A stretch of DNA of 64,000 nucleotides from Anolis carolinensis (taxonomy: Eukaryota): the NCBI RefSeq assembly GCF_035594765.1, contig NW_026943819.1:1488001-1552000 (forward strand), written 5' to 3'. A program made the translations under genes and the position numbers. Each line of letters starts with the position of its first letter. Position 1 is the first letter of the stretch. Below are positions 19,995 to 33,769 of this stretch, piece after piece. The notes beneath the pieces are model-generated. The model searched no databases. It saw only the letters and a program-made list of their open reading frames with translations, and was not told where the DNA came from.

Positions 19995-22579
19995 AACATT
20001 GAGGCTGGGAGGCCATCTGTCAGGGGTGCTTTGCTTGTGCTTTTGGTCCACAAAGGCAGAAAGGGGTTGGGCTAAATATATTATTATCATTATTGCTCGG
20101 TGGCCAGCTATAGTCCGGCCCTCCAGCGGTCTGAGGGATTGTAAACTGGCCTCCAGTTTTAAAAGTTTGGGGACCCCTGCTCCAAACTATGGCCTGTGGG
20201 CCTGATGTGGCACAACTTGACTATCTGATTGGCCCAAAATAAGTCCAGACTTCCCATTGAAGCACTGGCCAATTTATGTTGGTGGCGCAGTGAGCTGCTG
20301 AACTTGCTGACCGAGAGGTCGGTGGTTCTATTCCTGAGAGTGGGGTGAGCTCCTGCTGTTAGCCCCAGCTTCTGCCAACCTAGCAGTTCGAAAGCGTCGG
20401 AGCCCCCGGTGGCGTAGTGGATTAAAGCCTTGTGACTTTAAGGTTGGGTTTGCTGACCTGAAGGCTGCCAGGTTCGAATCCCACCCGGGGAGAGCGCGGA
20501 TGAGCTCCCTCTATCAGTTCCAGCTCCATGCGGGGACATGAGAGAAGCCTCCCACAAGGATGGTGGGAGGCTTCTCTCATGTGCCCGCATGGAGTTGGAG
20601 CTGGAGTTGGAGGGGACGTTGCCCAGGGCAAAGTCCCCTGGGCAACATCCTTGCAGAAGGCCAATTCTCTCACACCAGAAGTGACTCAGGTTGCTCCTGA
20701 CACGAAAAAAAAGTTCGAAAGCAAGCAAATGTGAGTAGATGAATAGGTACCGCTCTGGCGGGAAGGTAACATTGGTGCTCCATGCAGCCATGCTTGTGAC
20801 CACATGACCTTGGAGGTGTCTACGGACATCGTCCAGCCCTTCAACACTGTTNNNNNNNNNNNNNNNNNNNNNNNNNNNNNNNNNNNNNNNNNNNNNNNNN
20901 NNNNNNNNNNNNNNNNNNNNNNNNNNNNNNNNNNNNNNNNNNNNNNNNNNNNNNNNNNNNNNNNNNNNNNNNNNNNNNNNNNNNNNNNNNNNNNNNNNNN
21001 NNNNNNNNNNNNNNNNNNNNNNNNNNNNNNNNNNNNNNNNNNNNNNNNNNNNNCAGGATCAAGCCTATCCGCCGCAGACGGGCCGCTTCTCGGGCAGAGT
21101 CACCTGGGACGGCAATGCATTCAAGAGCGACGCCTCCATCATGCTCTGGAACGTCGGCCCCGGGGACAATGGGACCTTCTTCTGCCACATCAAGAACCCC
21201 CCGGACGTCGATGGGGTGGCCGGAGAGATCGAGCTGAGCGTCGTCCTGAAAGGTCCGCCCGAGCGGGAGACGGAGGGTGAGGGGAGGGGGCCAAGGGCAT
21301 GGGCACCCCCTCCCCACATACACACCCTGCTTCTTCCCTTTTCTCCTCCTCACAGTGAGCTTCTCGGAGATCCACGTTTTGGCCCTGACCATCGGTGGGG
21401 CCTGTGCTCTGATGATTGCCGTGGTGGTCGTGGTGGTGGTCTGCCGGCAGCGACGGAAGGCCGGGAAGGACCAGGCGGAGGAGACGGAGATGTAAGTGCC
21501 AGGGGGTGTGTGAGGTTCTCTTCTTCAGCACCAAGACACTCTGGGTAGATTCAAACAGATTTATTGTACGGAATACCAGAATCTTCTCTGTAGCCCATTT
21601 ATATAGGGGCTCTCACATACCAGAGGGCAATTGAGGTTTTTATGGCTGGCCAGTTTTATGGCTGGCATCTGTTCTTTGTCAGAAAGCATCAAGACACATG
21701 CTGGGTAGATTCAAACAGGTTTATTGTACGGAATACTAGAATCTTCTCTGTAGCCCATTTATATAGGGGCTCTCACATACCAGAGGGTAATTGAGGTTTT
21801 TATGGCTGGCCAGTTTTATGGCTGGCATCTGTTCTTTGTCAGAAAGCATCAAGACACACGCTGGGTAGATTCAAACAGGTTTATTGTACGGAATACCAGA
21901 ATCTTCTCTGTAGCCCATTTATATCGGGGCTCTCACATACCAGAGGGTAATTGAGGTTTTTATGGCTGGCCAGTTTTATGGCTGGCATCTGTTCTTTGTC
22001 AGAAAGCATCAAGACACACGCTGGGTAAATTCAAACAGGTTTATTGTACGGAATACTAGAATCTTCTCTGTAGCCCATTTATATAGGGGCTCTCACATAC
22101 CAGAGGGCAATTGAGGTTTTTATGGCTGGCCAGTTTTATGGCTGGCATCTGTTCTTTGTCAGAAAGCATCAAGACACACGCTGGGTAGATTCAAACAGGT
22201 TTATTGTACGGAATACTAGAATCTTCTCTGTAGCCCATTTATATAGGGGCTCTCACATACCAGAGGGAATTTGAGGTTTTATGGCTGGCACCTGTTCTTT
22301 GTCAGCGCTTGCTCTGTGTCCGGAGATGTCATAAGATCGGAGATCATGACATCGTGGGATCGAGGGGGCAATGGGGCAGCGGGCCTTGTTGGTGGGGTGC
22401 TGGGTCTCTCTTTGGTGCAAAGGGGTCCTTATGGGCCAAGCCCCCGCCTCATCCCTTGGCTGCCTCTTCTGTCCTGACTTCTGCTCTTTGTCTCCCCAAA
22501 CGCCAGGCCGGAGAAGGAGAAGCTGCGCAGAGTCCCGGAAGAGGAGAGGGAGGCCACACTGCCCGGAGGGGAGGCCTGA
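13534..22579 (+). CDS. MPZL2: Myelin protein zero-like 2 (EVA1), 5 coding exons, about 212 aa
   Basis: Exons 13534-13585, 18963-19129 (167 nt), [gap]21054-21252, 21356-21491, 22507-22579. IgV domain [56 protein letters not shown], followed by [17 protein letters not shown]. About 12 nt at the start of exon 3 fall in the N gap. Confidence 0.92.
14708..16160. repeat. Diverged minisatellite with (TAA)n spacers, MPZL2 intron 1
   Basis: About 7 copies of AACCTGAAAGCCTATCAGCCCCAGCCCATTCCCCACAG..TCCACCTCTCCTTCGGCTCAGGTA. Confidence 0.8.
16591..17927 (+). mobile_element. R4/Dong-clade non-LTR retrotransposon, 3' part, with internal tandem duplications
   Basis: CRLC..DHILSCC zinc knuckle and the PD..D restriction-like endonuclease ([15 protein letters not shown]); flanked by (TAA)n; one in-frame stop. 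Confidence 0.85.
19817..20179. mobile_element. hAT-superfamily MITE; larger copy at 34695-36188, partial copy at 1-145
   Basis: TIR CAGGGGTCCCCAAACT with 8-bp TSD CTCCAAAC; the second copy has TSD (T/C)TTTGGAG. Confidence 0.85.
20852..21053. other. Assembly gap; further gaps at 50123-50311 and 51043-51358
   Basis: Runs of N. Confidence 1.
21532..22305. repeat. 160-bp tandem repeat, about 4.8 copies, MPZL2 intron 4
   Basis: Unit starts CAAGACAC..CTGGGTAGATTCAAACAG at about 21532, 21690, 21850, 22010 and 22170. Confidence 0.95.
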
Positions 22580-23624
22580 GTCCCCTCACTCACTCCCTCA
22601 CTCTCTCACTCATTCTCTCACTCACAAGACCTTCGTGACATGGACACTTGAGAGGAGAGTGCAGACTGGGAGCACTTGCTACATGGCACCCCCCCAAAAA
22701 GGAATGGAATAAGCCCCTTGGAGACCATCCCAAAAAACTGGAGCCACCTCTTTCGAAGCCAGCCTGGACCCTTCAGACTTCTTCTCCAATTCATCTTCCT
22801 CTTCTGCTTCACCTAATCCGGAGGTTCTCCTGCAGAGATTTCTAAAGGAAAGGGCCGATAGCAATGCGCACCCCAAACTCTGAGGCCCAAAGACTTGGTG
22901 CCCACAAACCCTTCAGTATTTATGTTGTCGAACGCTTTCATGATCGGAATGACTGGGTCGCTGTGAGTTTTCCGGGCTGTCTGGCCATGTTCCAGAAGCA
23001 TCCTCTCCTGACGTTTCACTCACATCTATGGTAGACATCCTCAGAGGTTGTGAATCAATCAGGGCTGGCTAACACCTCCGAACAAAGGATTCCCCCAGGC
23101 AGCAACTGCCAGGCTTTGGAGCTGCAAGTCTATTTAATGCTAACCAAGGTGGCCAATTGAAACATTCACACCTGCCTCCAACAGACAAGAGTTCTTTCTC
23201 CAACCCTGAACATTATTCAACAGAGATGTTTTATATATATATATATACAGTAGAGTCTCACTTATCCAAGCTAAACGGCCCGGCAGAACCTTGGATAAGC
23301 GAATATCTTGGATAATAAGGACGGATTAAAGAAAAACCTATTAAACATCAAATTAGGTCATGATTTTACAAATTCAGCACCAAAACATCATGTTATACAA
23401 CAAATTTGACAGAAAAAATAGTTCAATACACAGTAATGTTATGTTGTAATTACTGTATTTATGAATTTAGCACCAAAATATCACGATATATTGAAAACAA
23501 TGACCACAAAAATGGCTTGGATAATCCAGAGGCTTGGATAAGTGAGGCTTGGATAATTGAGACTCTACTATATATATTTGTGTGTGTGTGTGTGTGTATA
23601 TATATACACACACACACACACACA

Positions 23625-23657
<33 letters not shown>

Positions 23658-26188
23658 TCACTTGCCTTGTTTCCAACAGACCTCCCTGCAAATACCCTCA
23701 CTGATTGACTTGAACTTAATTGTTGCAAGGCTATTAGTTGCTATTAATTGCTAATCAAGCTGGCCAATGGCAACATTCACATTTGCCTCAAATAGACAAA
23801 GAATTCTTTCTTGCACCCTAGACATCATTTCACAGATATATATACACACATACACACACTCCACTTGCCTCGTTTCTAACAGACCTCTATGCAGAGACCC
23901 TCACTGATGGACTTTGCAGCTTGCAAGGCTATTCAATGCTAATCAAGCTGGCCTATTTGAACATTCACACTTGCCTCCAGCAGACAAAGTTCTTTCTCCC
24001 ACCGTGGACATTATTCCACGGATATATAAACATCACGTGCCTAGTTTCCAACAAACTTCTCAACCTCTGAGGATGCTTGCCATAGATGTGGGCGAAACAT
24101 CAGGAGAGAATGCTTCTGGAACTTGGAAAACTCACAGCAACCTTCAGTATTTCTTTTCATGTTTTGCTTCCTAGGTCCCAGTGGTCTGTTGACAGCAGGG
24201 GAGGGAAACATACCATGGACCCTGAACTGCATCTCCCATCGCTCCTTGCTGCCTAGGACTGATGGGAGTGGCTGGACAATTGGGTTTTCCCCAAACCCTT
24301 CTTTCCAGCCCGCCCTTTGCCCCACGGCTGTATGTCCGAGGGGTCATTTCCCCGCAGGCTCTGCAAATACTGCCTTTGCCCGTCGCTGCAAACCGTGTAG
24401 GACGTTAAAAACAACATGTTACAATAGAGTGACTTATTTTTCATAATGTAATTTATTTTTCAAGATGTATGCAAATAAATTTGCTAGACTTTGGTAGTAA
24501 AGAGCGGGGAGCTCATGGACATCTGTTGGGGGTGCTTTGATGGTGCATGTATAAAAGGATAGATTAGCATGGGCAAAGTTGGGCTTTCCCTCCAGGTGTT
24601 TTGGACTGCAACTCCCACCATGGAGCTGGAGCTGATAAAGGGAGCTCATCCATGCTCTTCCCCGGGTTGGATTCCCTCAGGTCAGCAACCCAGCCTTCAC
24701 AGCCTTCAAGTCAGCAGTCCTGCCAGCACAAGGGTGGTGTGATGGCTCAAAAAGCCAACGGGAGGAGGCAGCTCAAAAGATCAAGGGCTGGGAGAACAAT
24801 CCCTATGAGGAGCGGCTGAAAGATCTGGGCATGCTTAGCCCATTGAAAAATGGCGTGGTGCGATAAGTTTACTGGAATTTTTGCAATTGATTCTGGAATT
24901 TATTTATTATTTATTTATTTGCAACATTTTTACCCCGCCTTTCCTCACCCGTAGGGACTCAAGGCGGCTTACAGGGTTGGCAAAATCCAATGGCCAAACA
25001 ACAGAATTCAATCAAATCAAACAGCACAATTGCATCAATTAAATACAGTAGTCTCTCACTTATCCAAGGTTCTGGATTATCCAACGCATTTTTGTAGTCA
25101 ATGTTTTCAATACATCGTGATATTTTGGTGCTAAATTTGTATATACAGTAATTACTACATAGCATTACTGCGTACTGAACTACTTTTTCTGTCAAATTTG
25201 TTGTCTAACATGATGTTTGGGTGCTTAATTTGTAAAATCATAACCTATTTTGATGTTTAATAGGCTTTTTCTTAATCTCTCCTTATTATCCAACATATTC
25301 GCTTATCCAACGTTCTGCCGGCCCATTTAGTTTGGATAAGTGAGACTACTGTACTTAATAAAAACAGTATACAAAGTTTAAAACACATAAATAGTTCGGT
25401 CCATTCATCCAAATGGTCTTAGACCTCGCTTTTGGATGATGTGTCTCATCATTGGGATTTATTTTAATTACCGTATACTCAAATATAAGCTGCCCCGAAT
25501 ATAAGCCAAGGCACCTAATTTTACCACAAAAAAACTGGGAAATCATTGACTCCAGTATAAGCCGAGGGTGGTGAATTTCAGAAATAAAAATAGATACCAA
25601 TAAAATGACATGAATTGAGGCATCAGTAGGTTAAATGTTTTTGAATATTTACATAAAGCCCAAATTTAAGATAAGACTGTCCAACTCTGATTAAATCATT
25701 ATTCTCATCTTCTTCAATGTAAATGTGCTTATGTATCATTTTAATAATAATACAGTAAAATAATACATGTAATAATAATAATAAATACTGGAAAATAATG
25801 CAAGTAATAATAGAGTAATATAATAAATGCAATAATAATACTAATAATAAGATCAGAGTGAAATAATAAATATGTTAATAATAATAATAAAAATAGAGTA
25901 AAATAAATGTAATAGTAGCAAAATAATAGAGAAAACTAATAAATGTAATAATACCAATAATAATAGAGAAAAATAATAAAGGTACCATATATTCTCGAGT
26001 ATAGGCTGACCCAAATATAAGCCAACCAGGACCCTCACTTGAGTATAAGCCGAGGGGGGCTTTTTCAGTCTTAAAAAAAGGGCTGAAAAACTAGGCTTAT
26101 ACTCAAGTATATACATTATGTTTTATGTATATATTAATTTTAATTTTAATCCTATTTCAGGTTTTTTGTGTCCACCTTAAATGCCTTA

Positions 26189-26520
26189 AGACGCCCTGGT
26201 GGCAAAGTGTGTTAAGGTACTGAGCTGCTGAACTTGCAGACCGAAAGGTCCCAGGTTCAAACCCCGGGAGCGGAGTGAGTGCCCGCTGTTAGCTCCAGCT
26301 CCTGCCAACCTAGCAGTCTGAAAACATGTCAACGTGAGTAGATCAATAGGTACTGCTCCGGCGGGAAGGTAACGGTGCTCCATGCAGTCATGCCAGTGGC
26401 CACATGACCTTGGAGGTGTCTACGGACAACGCCGGCTCTTTGGCTTAGAAATGGAGATGAGCACCAACCCCCAGAGTCGGTCACGACTGGACTTAACGTC
26501 AGGGGAAACCTTTACCTTTT
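26189..26520 (+). mobile_element. Sauria SINE, full length; another copy at about 20281-20851
   Basis: tRNA-like head, (ACCTTT) tail, TSD AAATGCCTTA. The family is lepidosaur-specific. Confidence 0.85.
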
Positions 26521-26612
26521 AAATGCCTTATGCCAACCAGCTGTGGATAGACCAACTTGGTCTTTTCCAGTATGCCAGCTATAGCTGCTATTGCAGTGTA
26601 AATGGGTAGAAA

Positions 26613-26666
<54 letters not shown>

Positions 26667-27045
26667 ACACAGTCCTAGACACTTGAGAAGTGTTCGACTT
26701 GTGATTTTGTGATATGAAATCCAGCATGTCTATCTTGTTTGCTGTGTCATAATAAAATAATAATAATAAGTTTATTTATATCCCGCCTCCATCTCCCCCG
26801 AAGGGGACTCGGGGCGGCTTACAGCAAAATCAAAAAACAAGCAATGATAAAATATGACACATCAAAGGACAAAAACAGAAACCAATAACAAAATATACAC
26901 AATAGGCCAAAAAACACAACACAGAATTAAAACATCGAATTAAAAACAATGAGGTTGCAATAGTGGATAAGCAAGGTGCACATTATGAGTAAAAAATTCG
27001 TAAATAGATAAAGTGCAATAGAGTCATTTAAGATCGCATTAGGTC

Positions 27046-27311
27046 GGAGCCTCCGGTGGCCTAGGGGATAAAAGCCTTGTAACTTGAAGGTTGGGTTGCT
27101 GACCTGAAGGCTGCCAGGTTCGAATCCCACCCAGGGAGAGTGTGGATGAGCTCCCTCTATCAGCTCCAGCTCCATGCGGGGACACGAGAGAAGCCTCCCA
27201 CAAGGATGGTAAAATCATCAAAACATCCGGGCGTCCCCTGGGCAACGTCCTTGCAGACGGCCAATTCTCTCACTCCAGAAGCAACTCAGGTTGCTCCTGA
27301 CACGAAAAAAA
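27046..27311 (+). mobile_element. tRNA-derived SINE with poly(A) end; copies at 13881-14146, 20399-20711, 62840-63630
   Basis: B-box GGTTCGAATCC and 3' end GTTGCTCCTGACACGAAAA; TSDs ATCGCATTAGGT, ATCCTCAGAG and AGTTCGAAAGC. Confidence 0.8.
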
Positions 27312-27627
27312 TTAAAATCGCATTAGGTAGGGAGGAGTCCTGAATAATATCAAGCAATCAGGAAAAGAGCGAGGTAATGATAATGCGAATAATTAAAATG
27401 TAGTGGAGATTGGGCTTGCACTTCTGGAGGGACTCTTAAGGTTTAATTCACCTGAGCAAACCAGGTTTTTTTTTCTTGGATCTGAACAATGTCGGGGGTG
27501 GTTTGAACCCCTCAAGCGGCCCCTCGGCTCCAAGGCTTGGGGAGGGAGTCCCGCGAGGCCCCGCCCCTTCCTGCCTCACCTGCCCGGCAGGTAGGCGTCC
27601 CAGGAAGAAGCCAGGAGGGTTTCCGGG

Positions 27628-28325
27628 ATGGGGGCCGAGCCGCGCCGAGCCCGGACCCCCCTCCTGCCGGGGCTGCGGATCCTCCTTCTCGGTGAGGGGG
27701 GGGAGCATATGGGGAGGGGGGCGAGCCAGGTGGTGGGGAAACCCTCCCACCTGGAGCCCTTGGAAGAGCGAGAGGGGGGGAGGATGATGTCTGATGAAAG
27801 CCCGACATCCACCGGCCCTCCCGCCTTCTCGAATGGGAAAGGGACTCTTCGGAATTGTCCAGGGCTCCCTAAACTGGGGGTCCCTGCCCCCCTCCCCAAA
27901 CCCCACCTTTGTCAACAGGAAAAATATCCCCAACGCCCCCTCGTGGCCCTTTGAGATAGCACAGCGGGTCTCTTGTGCTTTGTTTACAATGGTGCTCAAC
28001 AGGAAAATTGACTTGTCTAGCAAGCCTTGCAGATGCTGGTTTGTTGTCACTGGGTTTAACTCAGCTATGGGCAAATTTGGACCCTCCAGGTGTTTTGGAC
28101 TTCAACTCCCACCATTCCTAACAGCCTCAGGCCCTTTTTTTTTTTACAGCAGCTGAGGATATGATCCATCAGTTTCCTTGCACAGTCTGCAGTTTGGGTC
28201 ATCAGCTGATTTTTCGACCTTGGCCTGAATTGCCTTTGTCCTGATGTCTTACTCCTGGACTGCAAGGATCAGGCCTTCTGTCTCCTTCTTCAGGGTCCCA
28301 TTCATGAGCCAGAGCCAGGTCTTCC

Positions 28326-28356
<31 letters not shown>

Positions 28357-31300
28357 TATTATTATTATTATTAATTGCCTTTGTCCTGATGTCTTGCTCC
28401 TGGGCTGCAAGGATCAGGCCTTCTGTCTCCTTCTTCAGGGTCCCATTTGTGAGCCAGAGCCAGGTCTTCTCCTTATCAGCTTTTCCTTCAATTTTGTCAA
28501 GGAACTTTCCATGCATTGTTTTGTTGTGCCATCTGTCAGCTCTAGTTTGTAGTGCGGTTTTCTTGTACTGATTCTTTGTCTACTGGGACCCTGAAGAAGG
28601 AGACAGAAGGCCTGATCCTTGAAGCCCAGGAGCAAGACATCAGAACAAAGGCAATTAAGGCCAATTGTGTCGGCAGAGAAGTCAGTGGCCCCAATCCAAG
28701 CCCGGTTTCAGTACTAAGTTGATGGTCAAAGGGGGACTGGTTGGTAAAACTCCCCAGTATTGTGTCATCCTATAATGTATTAGAGACTTGAAGTAACTTT
28801 GGGCAATGGTTACCTAGTGGTGAGGTCACAGCAGTATCTTTGATTTTTGTACCTAGGGGTCTGATGGGGGAGAGAGCCACTGGCTTTGTTTTGGGGAAGG
28901 GTCTTTGTCCCCTCTGAGGCTCAGTGGGGTCACCTTTGTGTCTCTCGGCAGCAGCCGTGGCCGGAGCCCGCTCCTTGGAGATCCAGGTTGACCCCAGAGT
29001 CCAGGCCTTTGTGGGGGAGCCGGTGACCCTCAAGTGCTGGTTCAGGTCCTCCGCCCCCCTCACCGAGAAGCTGACCGTTGACTGGACCTTCCGACCACGA
29101 GCCGGGGGCAGCGTGGAGCCCGTGAGTGCAGGCGGAGGGGTGGGGAAGGCAGGCCTCTGAGATCCAAGTTGACCCACTTGACACCTCTGCTGCCCCTCCC
29201 CAGGTCTTCCACTACCAGTCCCAGGCCTTCCCAGCACAGGGGGGCACCTTCCGGGGCCGTGTCCTCTGGGCCGGAGACGTCAGCAAGAGCGATGCCTCCA
29301 TCCGCATCTTGAATCCCTCGCTGGACGACAACGGGACCTTCACTTGCACTGTAAGGAATCCTCCAGACGTGCAGCACAACATCCCCCAGACGCTGTTGAC
29401 CGTCACTCTCAGAGGTGAGGCCCTGCTTCTGGGAAGGAGAACTCCTACTGAGAAGTCTGTGTGTGATCAGGGTGAAATGCAGGCTTTAGATCGGAGAGAA
29501 GTGCCAGCAGTTGACGAGAATATTTTGGATTTCAATATTCATCCGTTAGCAACAGGGAAATATCTATTTCTCTTAGGAATCAACCTTCAGCTGAAGGGGA
29601 GTTTTCCCATGATATCGGATTAGGACTCTGCAGGGAGAGAGTGAAGGATTGATTAATTGGGCTTAAATTAAGTTCCTGTTTCAGCTCTCAAGTTTATGAT
29701 TCACGTTTCCTGTGTTTGCCTATGTTCCTGGACAGGACTGTAGCGAGGGGGGGGGGAGGTTTTAGGGGTTCAACCCCCCTCCCCCCCCCGAAATTTTTCA
29801 GGTTAAAAAAAAAACCCTGGTTTACTCATGAATTTTAATTGGTTAACCAAATCCCCATGCTAAGTCTATGAGATGTAAAACATTAAGAGTCCCTCCAGGC
29901 ATTATCTCAAGCAGATATTGACAGGTCTGAACCTGGGGGGCAGCTGGGTCAGGAGTTCAACCCCCCCCCCGAAATTTTCAAAACCCCTCCCGAAATGTTT
30001 TTCTGGCTACGGCCCTGTTCCTGGATGAGTTTAGCTTTGGAAAAAGTTCCTGCTTTCATGCTTATGAATTTATGCCCGTGATCCTGACTTCCTTGATTTC
30101 ATGTACTTTGCCATTTTTGGGCTACTGTTCTTTTGTATATGGACTGCTGCTATTTTATAACTTATCTTCTACTATTCTTTTGGGAAATGCTCTTTCCCTC
30201 CCTTTTGTATATGCTTTCTAAAACAAACTGTTGTAGTTAGTACTACTGGACTTTGGTGTGGCCGGGCGAAAAGGTGTCTTGAGGTTGGAGGGCAACACTG
30301 ACCCTCTTCGATCTGGCCTCCTGCCCAGGTGCCTCCTTCCAACTGACCTCTGCCGGACTGCTCTCCCTCCTGGTCTTCCTCCCTTCGGCTGTGGTGGTGG
30401 CCCTGCTGCTGGTCCGGATGGGAAAGAAGTCTGGGCTGCTGAAAGCCAAGAAAAGGAAGTTTGGCTACAAGAAGTCCTCCATCGAAGTCTCCGATGAGTA
30501 AGGAACTCATTCCCTTTTTCCTGGCTGGGGGTTTTGTGGGGTTCGCCTTATTTATTTATTTCCTGGTGGGTTTTGTGGATCCACCCGCAGCTCCATTCTG
30601 CAATTCCCCAGCACTTTAATGGGAACAATAGTTTATTTATTTATTTATTTATTTATTTGCAGTATTTATATTCCGCCCTTCTCACCCCGAAGGGGACTCA
30701 GGGCGGATTACAATGAACACATATATGGCAAACATTCAATGCCAACAGACAAACAACGTACAGTATAGACAGACACAGAGGCATTTTTTACATTTTTCCA
30801 ACTTCACGATTCCGGCCACAGGGGGAGCTGTTGCTTCACCGTCCACTAGAGACTGTACTTCCTCATTCCTTTCCGGCATGTTGCTGGCAGTTTTATGGTG
30901 TTGTAAATTAGTTAAACTAGCCTCCCCGCATAAAGCGTATCTAAATTTCCCTACTTGACAGATGCAACTGTCTTTCGGGGCTGCATAGGTCAACAGCAAG
31001 CCGGGCTATTTAATGGTCAGGGGCTTAACCCGACCCGGGCTTCTACTCATGACCTCTCGGTCAGTAGTGATTTATTGCAGCTGGTTACTAGCCAGCTGCG
31101 CCACAGCCCGGCCTTTAGTTCGGGTATCTACCTCTCCCTGATTATAACTGACACTATTTACACTTTCTCTGGCCCAGTTCTTTTTTGGAGCCAACCCAGG
31201 ATTTTGTCATAGTATATTTATTATTATTGTATGTGACCTCATTTGTTTTATGACTTGTTTTATTGTTGATTGACTTGTTTTATTGTTGTGTTTTTATATT

Positions 31301-31976
31301 ATCTGTTGCCTGGGCTTGGCCCCATGTAAGCCGCCCCGAGTCCCTTTGGGGAGATGGAGCGGGGTATAAAAATAAAACAAGATAGATATGCTGGATTTTG
31401 TATCACAAAATCACAAGTCAAACACTTCCCAAGTGTCTAGGACTGTGAGATGTATTTTGTCAAGGAACTTTCCATGCAATGTTTTGTTGTGCCAGCTGTC
31501 AGCTCTAGTTTGTAGTGCGGTTTTCTTGTACTGATTCTTTGTCTGCTTCTTCTTGTTCTTCTTCTTCTTCTTCTTATTATTATTATTATTATTCCCCTCC
31601 AATTCTCTTGCACTCTCTCTCAGCCCAGAGCCTCCTGGATGCCGGGAAAAGCTGGCCAGATGCTGCCTGCGGTGCCTGGTAAGTGGAACCCGCATTTGTC
31701 TATGCATTTGCTTAAGCGGTTGAGGGAGAAAAGGAAAGGGCCTGAGGCCAGGAATTGTGGGAGTTGGAGTCCAAAACACCTCTAGGCCCAAAATTTGCCC
31801 ATGCCTGCTATATAGCAAAATGTGCTGTATAACCCAGGAACAAAAATGGTGTTGCATTCTGGGATAGGCTGGATATTAGGGTGGATATTCTCTGACCAAG
31901 CTCCCGCCTGCACCCATTTCCTCCTCTCTCTTTTCTGCTTCCTGTTCAGGACACAGATGATGATGATCCCTACTGA
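27628..31976 (+). CDS. MPZL3: Myelin protein zero-like 3, 6 coding exons, about 230 aa
   Basis: Exons 27628-27691, 28955-29121 (alternative NAGNAG start 28952), 29204-29414, 30329-30497, 31624-31678, 31950-31976. Motifs LEIQVDPRVQAFVGEPVTLKC, NPPDVQHNIP, LLSLLVFLPSAVVVALLLVRMGKK, GYKKSSIEVSD and the C-terminal CLRCLDTDDDDPY. Confidence 0.93.
29733..30017. mobile_element. hAT-type MITE in MPZL3 intron 3
   Basis: CAGG..GTAGC TIR, perfect 8-bp TSD TTCCTGGA. Confidence 0.8.
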
Positions 31977-32247
31977 CCGGACGGGGAGAAGCCTGCCATT
32001 TAGGGGTTCAGCGGAGACCTGCCTTGGGAGACACTGCTGTTCTCCTACTTCTTGGCTGTCGGTCTCTCTCTCGATGTTTGGACTGGGACTGGGGTTTGCT
32101 GCCAACCCCGGCTCTTTTGGGGGGACCCCTTGTATTCCTTCAGCCCCTTGAAGTGGTCAGTGGCTCCTAGTAGCCTTGCTGGAGGCCCCATTCGGCATAG
32201 AGACAATACACAGGGCAATGGGGCCAGGCTCCGTCCCAAGGGTCCCT

Positions 32248-32253
32248 AATAAA
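32248..32253 (+). terminator. Probable MPZL3 polyadenylation signal; other candidates are MPZL2 24474-24479, SCN2B 45958-45963, SCN4B 62771-62776
   Basis: AATAAA in unique (non-repeat) sequence downstream of each stop codon. Confidence 0.55.
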
Positions 32254-32649
32254 CCTCTCTCTCCAGCTCAGTCTGCTTTCCTTTTGCTTTGGTGGGAGGA
32301 ATAAGAGGGGGGGGGGGATCTTGGGAGACAAGGGTGAAGCCTGTGCAGACCCCCAGGGTGAGATAATGGGGCATGCGCTGCTGCAGGGGGTCCGTGATTT
32401 CCATTGCATTCTGTAACCTCAGCTTTGAATGACTTTGAACATTAGGAAGAACTTCCTCACTGTGAGGGCTGTTCAGCAGTGGAACTCTCTGCCCCGGAGT
32501 CTGGTGGAGGATCCTTCTTTGGAGGCTTTGAAGCAGAGGCTGGATGGCCATCTGTCGGGGGTGCTTTGAATGCGATTTTCCTGCTTCTTGGCAGAATGGG
32601 GTTGGACTGGATGGCCTTTGGATCCCTTCCAACTCTAGTCTCCGGTGAT

Positions 32650-33669
32650 ATATCTATCTACCTGTCTATCAATTTATCTGTCTATCAATTTGGCTGGCTG
32701 TCTATCATCATGTCTATCTGTCTAACTATCTATCATATCTGTCTGTCTATCTATCATCATGTCTATCTATCTATCTATCTATCTATCATATCTGTCTGTC
32801 TGTCTATCATATCTATCTATCTATCATCATGTCTATCTATCATATCTGTCTGTCTGTTTGTCTATCAATTTATCTGTCTGTCTACCATCTGTGTGTATCA
32901 TCATGTCTATCATACCTATCTGTCTGTCTGTCTATCTAGCATCATATCTATCATAGCTGTCTATCTATCAATTTATCTGTCTATCATATCTATCTGTCTA
33001 TCATCATGTCTATCTATCTATCTATCTATCTATCATATATATCTGTCTGTCTATCTATCTATCTATCATATCTGTCTGTCTATCATCATGTCTATCTATC
33101 ATATCTGTCTGTCTGTCTATCATCATGTCTATCATATCTATCTGTCTGTTTGTCTATCAATTTATCTGTCTGTTTGTCTATCAATTTATCTGTCTATCAT
33201 ATCTGTTTGTCTATCTATCATGTCTATCTATCTATCATATCTATCTGTTTGTCTATCATATCTATCTATCTATATCTATCTGTTTGTCTATCTATCATCA
33301 TGTCTATCTATCTATCTATCATATCTGTCTGTCTATCATCATGTCTATCTATCATATCTGTTTGTCTGTCTATCATCATGTCTATCATATCTATCTGTCT
33401 GTTTGTCTATCAATTTATCTGTCTGTTTGTCTATCAATTTATCTGTCTATCATATCTGTTTGTCTATCTATCATGTCTATCTATCTATCATATCTATCTG
33501 TTTGTCTATCATATCTATCTATCTATATCTATCTGTTTGTCTATCTATCATCATGTCTATCTATCTATCATATCTGTCTGTCTATCATCATGTCTATCTA
33601 TCTATCTTATCTGTCTGTCTGTCTATTTATCATATCTATCTATCTGTTTGTCTGTCTATCTATCATCAG

Positions 33670-33702
<33 letters not shown>

Positions 33703-33722
33703 CCTACCATCTCTACCATCTC
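32650..33722. repeat. Complex (TCTA/TCTG/TCA)n microsatellite with block duplications
   Basis: About 1.07 kb of low-complexity sequence; source of the spurious 418, 341 and 235 aa ORFs. Confidence 0.95.
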
Positions 33723-33769
33723 TCTGTGTATTTAAAGGTGCTTGGAGGGCTGGCTTGGCCCTTGCCCTT

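Noticed and set aside
21054-21252. MPZL2 as a pseudogene (exon 3 lacks an acceptor)
   Set aside because: The missing 5' end coincides with the N gap; the visible frame is open and conserved.
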